NCBI GenBank assembly: GCA_029856155.1
Contig: JAHQWL010000092.1
Span: forward strand, 21,489-85,488
Length of the DNA stretch: 64,000 nucleotides
Direction of reading: 5' to 3'
Source: Promethearchaeia archaeon
GTDB taxonomy: Archaea > Asgardarchaeota > Lokiarchaeia > Sigyniarchaeales > SOKP01
Below are positions 59,855-64,000 of the stretch, piece by piece (the stretch's first letter is position 1; every line of letters starts with the position of its first letter). The notes under the pieces were generated by a model that made no database searches, had not been told where the DNA came from, and worked only from the letters and a program-made list of their open reading frames with translations. Position numbers and translations under genes: made by a program.

Positions 59855-60673
59855 TTATAATAAACCTAAGATTTTGCGTGCTTCATCGGGCTTAGCAATT
59901 TCTCTCCCTAATTCATTTGCGATTCTAACAACTTTTTCTACCAGTTCCCCATTAGAATTTGCTAATATTCCTTTAGATAAATAGAGGTTATCTTCAAAAC
60001 CCACTCGAACATGCCCTCCTATAGCAATAGCAATAGCAGCCATATAAAACTGGTTTCTACCAACACCAGTTATGGTAAAAGTTGAACTCTTTGGGATACT
60101 TTGTACTAAAAAGAGTAAATTTTGACCATTTGCACTTATTGCACCGGGAACTCCTAATATAAAATTAAAATGCATAGGAGATTTAATAATAGCCTTATTA
60201 TTCAATGTTAAGGCCATATCGACCATACCCTTATCAAAACATTCTAATTCTGGTTTTATGCCTTTATTATTCATGCTTTTAGCAAATTCTATTATAGTAT
60301 TCTCTGTGTTAATAAAAATATCATCACCGCCGAAATTGCACGTACCACAATCTAAAGTTGCCATTTCTGGATTTAAATTGAGAGGTTGGAGTCTTTCCTC
60401 ATTAGACATACCTATCGCACCTCCAGTCGAAGGTTGTATTATAACATCTGGGCATTTTTTCGATATCTCTTCTATGCAAGCTTTATACCTATTAATATCT
60501 TGAGTAGGTGTTCCATCATCATAACGAACATGTAAGTGTATAATACTAGCACCTAATTTATATGCCATCTCTGCTTCGTTTGATATCTCTTCAATCGTAT
60601 ATGGAACATTCTTATTTTGTTCCTTGGTTACTTCAGCACCACTTATTGCAGCAGTAATTATTAATTTCTCCAT
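59855..60673 (-). CDS. kce: 3-keto-5-aminohexanoate cleavage enzyme
   Basis: 'IITAAISGAE', 'IHLHVR', 'QPSTGG', 'PEMATL', 'HVRVGFED'. Confidence 0.93.
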   Translation of the reverse strand: MEKLIITAAISGAEVTKEQNKNVPYTIEEISNEAEMAYKLGASIIHLHVRYDDGTPTQDINRYKACIEEISKKCPDVIIQPSTGGAIGMSNEERLQPLNLNPEMATLDCGTCNFGGDDIFINTENTIIEFAKSMNNKGIKPELECFDKGMVDMALTLNNKAIIKSPMHFNFILGVPGAISANGQNLLFLVQSIPKSSTFTITGVGRNQFYMAAIAIAIGGHVRVGFEDNLYLSKGILANSNGELVEKVVRIANELGREIAKPDEARKILGLL

Positions 60674-60686
60674 TTATTAACCTTCT

Positions 60687-61067
60687 TTATTTACGTTGTT
60701 TGTCTTTGGGAACTACACATATACCAGTAGCTTTACATACAATAATTGGGACTTCTAAAACTTCTGCGGCTGACTCATTTATATCAGTTCTAGGTATGAT
60801 AACTTTCCTCGCTTCAAACCTCATTTTTCGAGAGGTATTTCCAATATCTGTTATTTCTCCTTCCGCTTCTATGTAATCTCCTGCATAAACGGGAGCTAAA
60901 AATTCTATGTTATCGTAAGCTCTAAAAAGACCCTCATCACCATCATTTATAATTAAAAGCTCTGTTGCTATATCACCAAAAAGCTCTAACATTTTGGCAC
61001 CATCTACCAAATTTCCTCCATAATGCGCATCATGGAGACTCATTCTTAATCTTATTAACGATTTCAA
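60687..61067 (-). CDS. kal: 3-aminobutyryl-CoA ammonia lyase (hotdog fold)
   Basis: '[17 protein letters not shown]', '[10 protein letters not shown]', 'FLAPVYAGD', 'GNTSR'; TTG start with GAGGAG RBS. Confidence 0.93.
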   Translation of the reverse strand: MKSLIRLRMSLHDAHYGGNLVDGAKMLELFGDIATELLIINDGDEGLFRAYDNIEFLAPVYAGDYIEAEGEITDIGNTSRKMRFEARKVIIPRTDINESAAEVLEVPIIVCKATGICVVPKDKQRK

Positions 61068-61328
61068 TTTTTTCTCCTCAAGTCATATTTTATTAATATA
61101 ATTTGAATGAATTATTAAGATTTAGTCTATTAACCAATTTCTTTCTCCTTTATTTCTAATTTTATAGCTTTTATTATTTAACATAATTATTGAAGATTTC
61201 TAAAGGTACATCACTTTATAATTAGTAAAAAAACAATTAGTATAATTTTTTATTATTGAACAAAAATTTTAAGTATGAAATATTAAGAGAAAAAAGCAAT
61301 TTTTTAGATAAAAGGAAAAAATAATATT

Positions 61329-63899
61329 TTAGTCATCTTCTTGTGGCATCTCTATAGGTTTAGTTCCAGTTTTGTCTCCGATAAGTTTTAATATCTCAGA
61401 ACCGAAAACATTTGACAAGATATCATTCATCTCTTTTCCACCCAAATAGCTTTGACAGCCTAAATGAAGTTTATGGAAGGTGTCACTAAATTGATCTTCA
61501 ACATCCTTAATGAAATTAATAATTTTATCTTCTAAAGTCGGTGATGGAATCTCATTCAGTAAAAATACTACTTTAAATTCTCTATTTGTAAAAAATCCCC
61601 CCGATAGATGGCCAAGGCTAAATTTTATTGATAATATTTCTCCTACTTTTAATGCATGACTAGCAATATGATCCAATGCAGTGAGAAAACCAGAAAAAAT
61701 AGTATTATCAACATCTTCAGTGGTAAAATTTAACTCATATTGATTAGCACCACTTTCTCGATGCTGAACCAATAATTTCTGTATGTTTTCAATATCTGGA
61801 TCTACGATAAAAGGCTTTGTTAAGAAATTGTAAATATCTTCAGGTGAATTCTTAAGCACTTTAAACAATTTTTTAGGTCTATAGCCATATTCTGGTCCAG
61901 TAGGGTCTTCCCAACTTGGATCATTAATCAGTTCAGTTGCAGCTCGACCACTATTTCTCATTATACCTACTTGTGCCCCGAAAACGATAGCTAAATGATA
62001 CTCAAAAGAAGCTATGCTTCCACCATTAACCCCTATAAGTTTTACCTTATTTGGAACTATACCACATTTCATTATATCATACCAATATTGAATAGGTTCT
62101 CTAATACTGAAATCTTTTCCTTCTGTAAAATGAATTGAAGAATATCTTTTATCTAGTTCAACATGAGCTGGCATATGACTTGGTAAGTAACCTATAGTTC
62201 TTATATTATTAGGATATTTTTCTTGAATATCTCCTACAGTATTGCTAATTCCTGATGTAGTACCACCTGAAATTATGACACCTTTAAAATTATTGAAAGC
62301 ATCAATTAAATTATTATTAAATATCTCCAAATTTCTTTCTATACGCTTATCTGTCCCACCAGCAATAATTACAATAGATTCATCAAATTTTGTTTCCATT
62401 TGTTTCATTTCAGAATCTAATACCAACGTAGATTCATTAATCATTTTATCTGTTTTTTCGATTACATTTGGATGAAAAATCATCCCTAATCGTAGAACTT
62501 GTCTCACTAAACTAATATTTTTTATTTTATCTTCTATTATCTTGAGATTATTTAATGTATCTAGAGTAGTTTCAATCATCCAAATATCGGAACTATATCT
62601 TATTCCTTTTAAATAATAATCTAAAGCGTCATTAATATTTCCAAGAAATAAATTAAATAAACCTACATCAAAAAAAGCCCATGGAGCATCAACCATTACT
62701 TGTATTTGTCTTATTCGTTTTTTTATGGCTTTTTGGATCATATCATAATTTCTTTCAATATGGATTAAATCTCCCGTTTGTTGAATTATTAAGATTAAAT
62801 AATTACCTAATGGATAGGGATCTCCGGGTTTCACTTTCAATGCTTGCTTATAACATTCTAAAGCTTTAGTATAATTTTTTTGACTTTTATAAGTACCTCC
62901 TAATGATGACCATCCATTAGAATCAAAAGGATTTCTTTGAGCTGCTTCTCTTAAATAATTCTGCCCTCGTAAGAATTCATTACCCATAGGGTTTTTTTTA
63001 TATTTTTTATGATGAGATATCCCAAGATCTCTTAAAATCTCTGCTACTTCTAATTCTGACGCTTGTTTAAAGGATTCAGTTTTCATTAATTCGTTCAATA
63101 TTTCAATACTCTTATCCATATCGTTAATTGCCATTGCTAATTTTGCTATTCTATAACCATTCTTAAAATTTTCTTTGTCTGCTTTATATACCATTTCTAA
63201 TCTTTCAATTTCAGATTTGATTTTTTCGTTAGACATATACGTAATTATTGTAGATTTATAATCTCGCATTTTCTTCATAATTTTATTCAATGATTCATCT
63301 TCAATAGTCAACAAAGATTTTACTCGACTGAGTTCTTGGTCATACGGCTTAGGTACTTTAAATTCATACTGATTAAAGACTTTGTATTGATTTGCGGCCC
63401 ATCCATAACTCAAATATGTGCATATTTGAATTTCTGCTTTTAAATTAAAAATTTCGTCTGGTATTTTTAATTCAAGTCTTTCATATAGCTTTAATTCAGG
63501 CATCAGTTGAACAACATAGGTTTGGAAATGTCCTAAAGAAGCACTAATTTCACTTAATTCGGACATTTCATGCCCGTTTACAGTATCAAATAAAAAATTA
63601 TCTCGAATTGCCTCACTAACTGTATTTAATTCATTAATATTGGGCAAAATTATCCGAAATCCACATATATCATTAATTTCTAAAAAAGGAATAGTAATAT
63701 TTGTTTCTGATTTAAATAATTTATTTGCAAAACTAGAAATTTTCTTTACTCTTCCTTGTATGATAAATTCAGATGAATAACCTCTCACGATATTTTTAAG
63801 GACTTTTTTCATGTATTTATGAAATTCTTTGTAAAGAGGTCGTAATTTTTTATATTCATTAATTTGTTCTTCAAAAATTTCGCGTTTTTCTAATTCCAT
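61329..63899 (-). CDS. Multidomain protein: RelA/SpoT-like nucleotidyltransferase, TPR, SLOG-like and longin-like domains
   Basis: 'GRVKKISSF', 'NDICGFRI', 'EIQICT'; TPR 'GWSSLGGTY...ALECYKQAL'; SLOG-like 'IIAGGT', 'ISGGTTSGI', 'NGG', 'SGRAA'; longin-like 'ESG...IFSGFLTAL'. Confidence 0.7.
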   Translation of the reverse strand: MELEKREIFEEQINEYKKLRPLYKEFHKYMKKVLKNIVRGYSSEFIIQGRVKKISSFANKLFKSETNITIPFLEINDICGFRIILPNINELNTVSEAIRDNFLFDTVNGHEMSELSEISASLGHFQTYVVQLMPELKLYERLELKIPDEIFNLKAEIQICTYLSYGWAANQYKVFNQYEFKVPKPYDQELSRVKSLLTIEDESLNKIMKKMRDYKSTIITYMSNEKIKSEIERLEMVYKADKENFKNGYRIAKLAMAINDMDKSIEILNELMKTESFKQASELEVAEILRDLGISHHKKYKKNPMGNEFLRGQNYLREAAQRNPFDSNGWSSLGGTYKSQKNYTKALECYKQALKVKPGDPYPLGNYLILIIQQTGDLIHIERNYDMIQKAIKKRIRQIQVMVDAPWAFFDVGLFNLFLGNINDALDYYLKGIRYSSDIWMIETTLDTLNNLKIIEDKIKNISLVRQVLRLGMIFHPNVIEKTDKMINESTLVLDSEMKQMETKFDESIVIIAGGTDKRIERNLEIFNNNLIDAFNNFKGVIISGGTTSGISNTVGDIQEKYPNNIRTIGYLPSHMPAHVELDKRYSSIHFTEGKDFSIREPIQYWYDIMKCGIVPNKVKLIGVNGGSIASFEYHLAIVFGAQVGIMRNSGRAATELINDPSWEDPTGPEYGYRPKKLFKVLKNSPEDIYNFLTKPFIVDPDIENIQKLLVQHRESGANQYELNFTTEDVDNTIFSGFLTALDHIASHALKVGEILSIKFSLGHLSGGFFTNREFKVVFLLNEIPSPTLEDKIINFIKDVEDQFSDTFHKLHLGCQSYLGGKEMNDILSNVFGSEILKLIGDKTGTKPIEMPQEDD

Positions 63900-64000
63900 A
63901 ATACTATTATCACTCCAAATTTTTATTTGATTTTATTTTTCTTGAATTTCTTCTCTTAATATTATTGTTATATCCTATTATTTAAAACTTTCTCAAAGAA

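Overview
AT-rich (roughly 30% GC by eye) archaeal DNA, most consistent with an Asgard archaeon of Lokiarchaeia/Promethearchaeia type (archaeal HTH-10 regulators, group II chaperonin, tungsten AOR, LRR protein, longin-like and Cys-rich C-terminal domains). No rRNA, tRNA, CRISPR array or intact transposase was seen. Block 1 (1.1-4.2 kb): two-subunit ATP-citrate lyase. Block 2 (4.4-34.7 kb), the best candidate for an undescribed system: three divergent pyrrolysine-free MttB-family methyltransferases, three corrinoid proteins, two stand-alone MtrH/MtgA-like methyltransferases, a RACo/RamA-type activator, three SCP2 lipid/sterol-carrier proteins, an SDR, a divergent chaperonin and a GC-rich imported alpha/beta-hydrolase. 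Three paralogous HTH-10 regulators are interspersed, and the palindrome GCTTG-N6-CAAGC recurs upstream of most of these transcription units. This suggests a co-regulated cobalamin-dependent (de)methylation system for a hydrophobic substrate. Block 3 (34.9-50.4 kb): arginine/ornithine/proline cluster (ArcE-like arginine synthetase, OTC, carbamate kinase, ornithine aminotransferase, proline-dehydrogenase-like pair, AOR) plus a TetR module with 18-bp-periodic operators. Block 4 (50.5-61.1 kb, minus strand): lysine fermentation genes kal-kce-kdd-kamA-kamB-kamD-kamE, interrupted by inserted genes and a decayed HEPN-MNT pair. It is followed by a RelA/SpoT-TPR-SLOG-longin-like fusion protein. Two genes appear to start at non-canonical ATT/ATA codons. 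All family calls are from motif recognition, not database searches.
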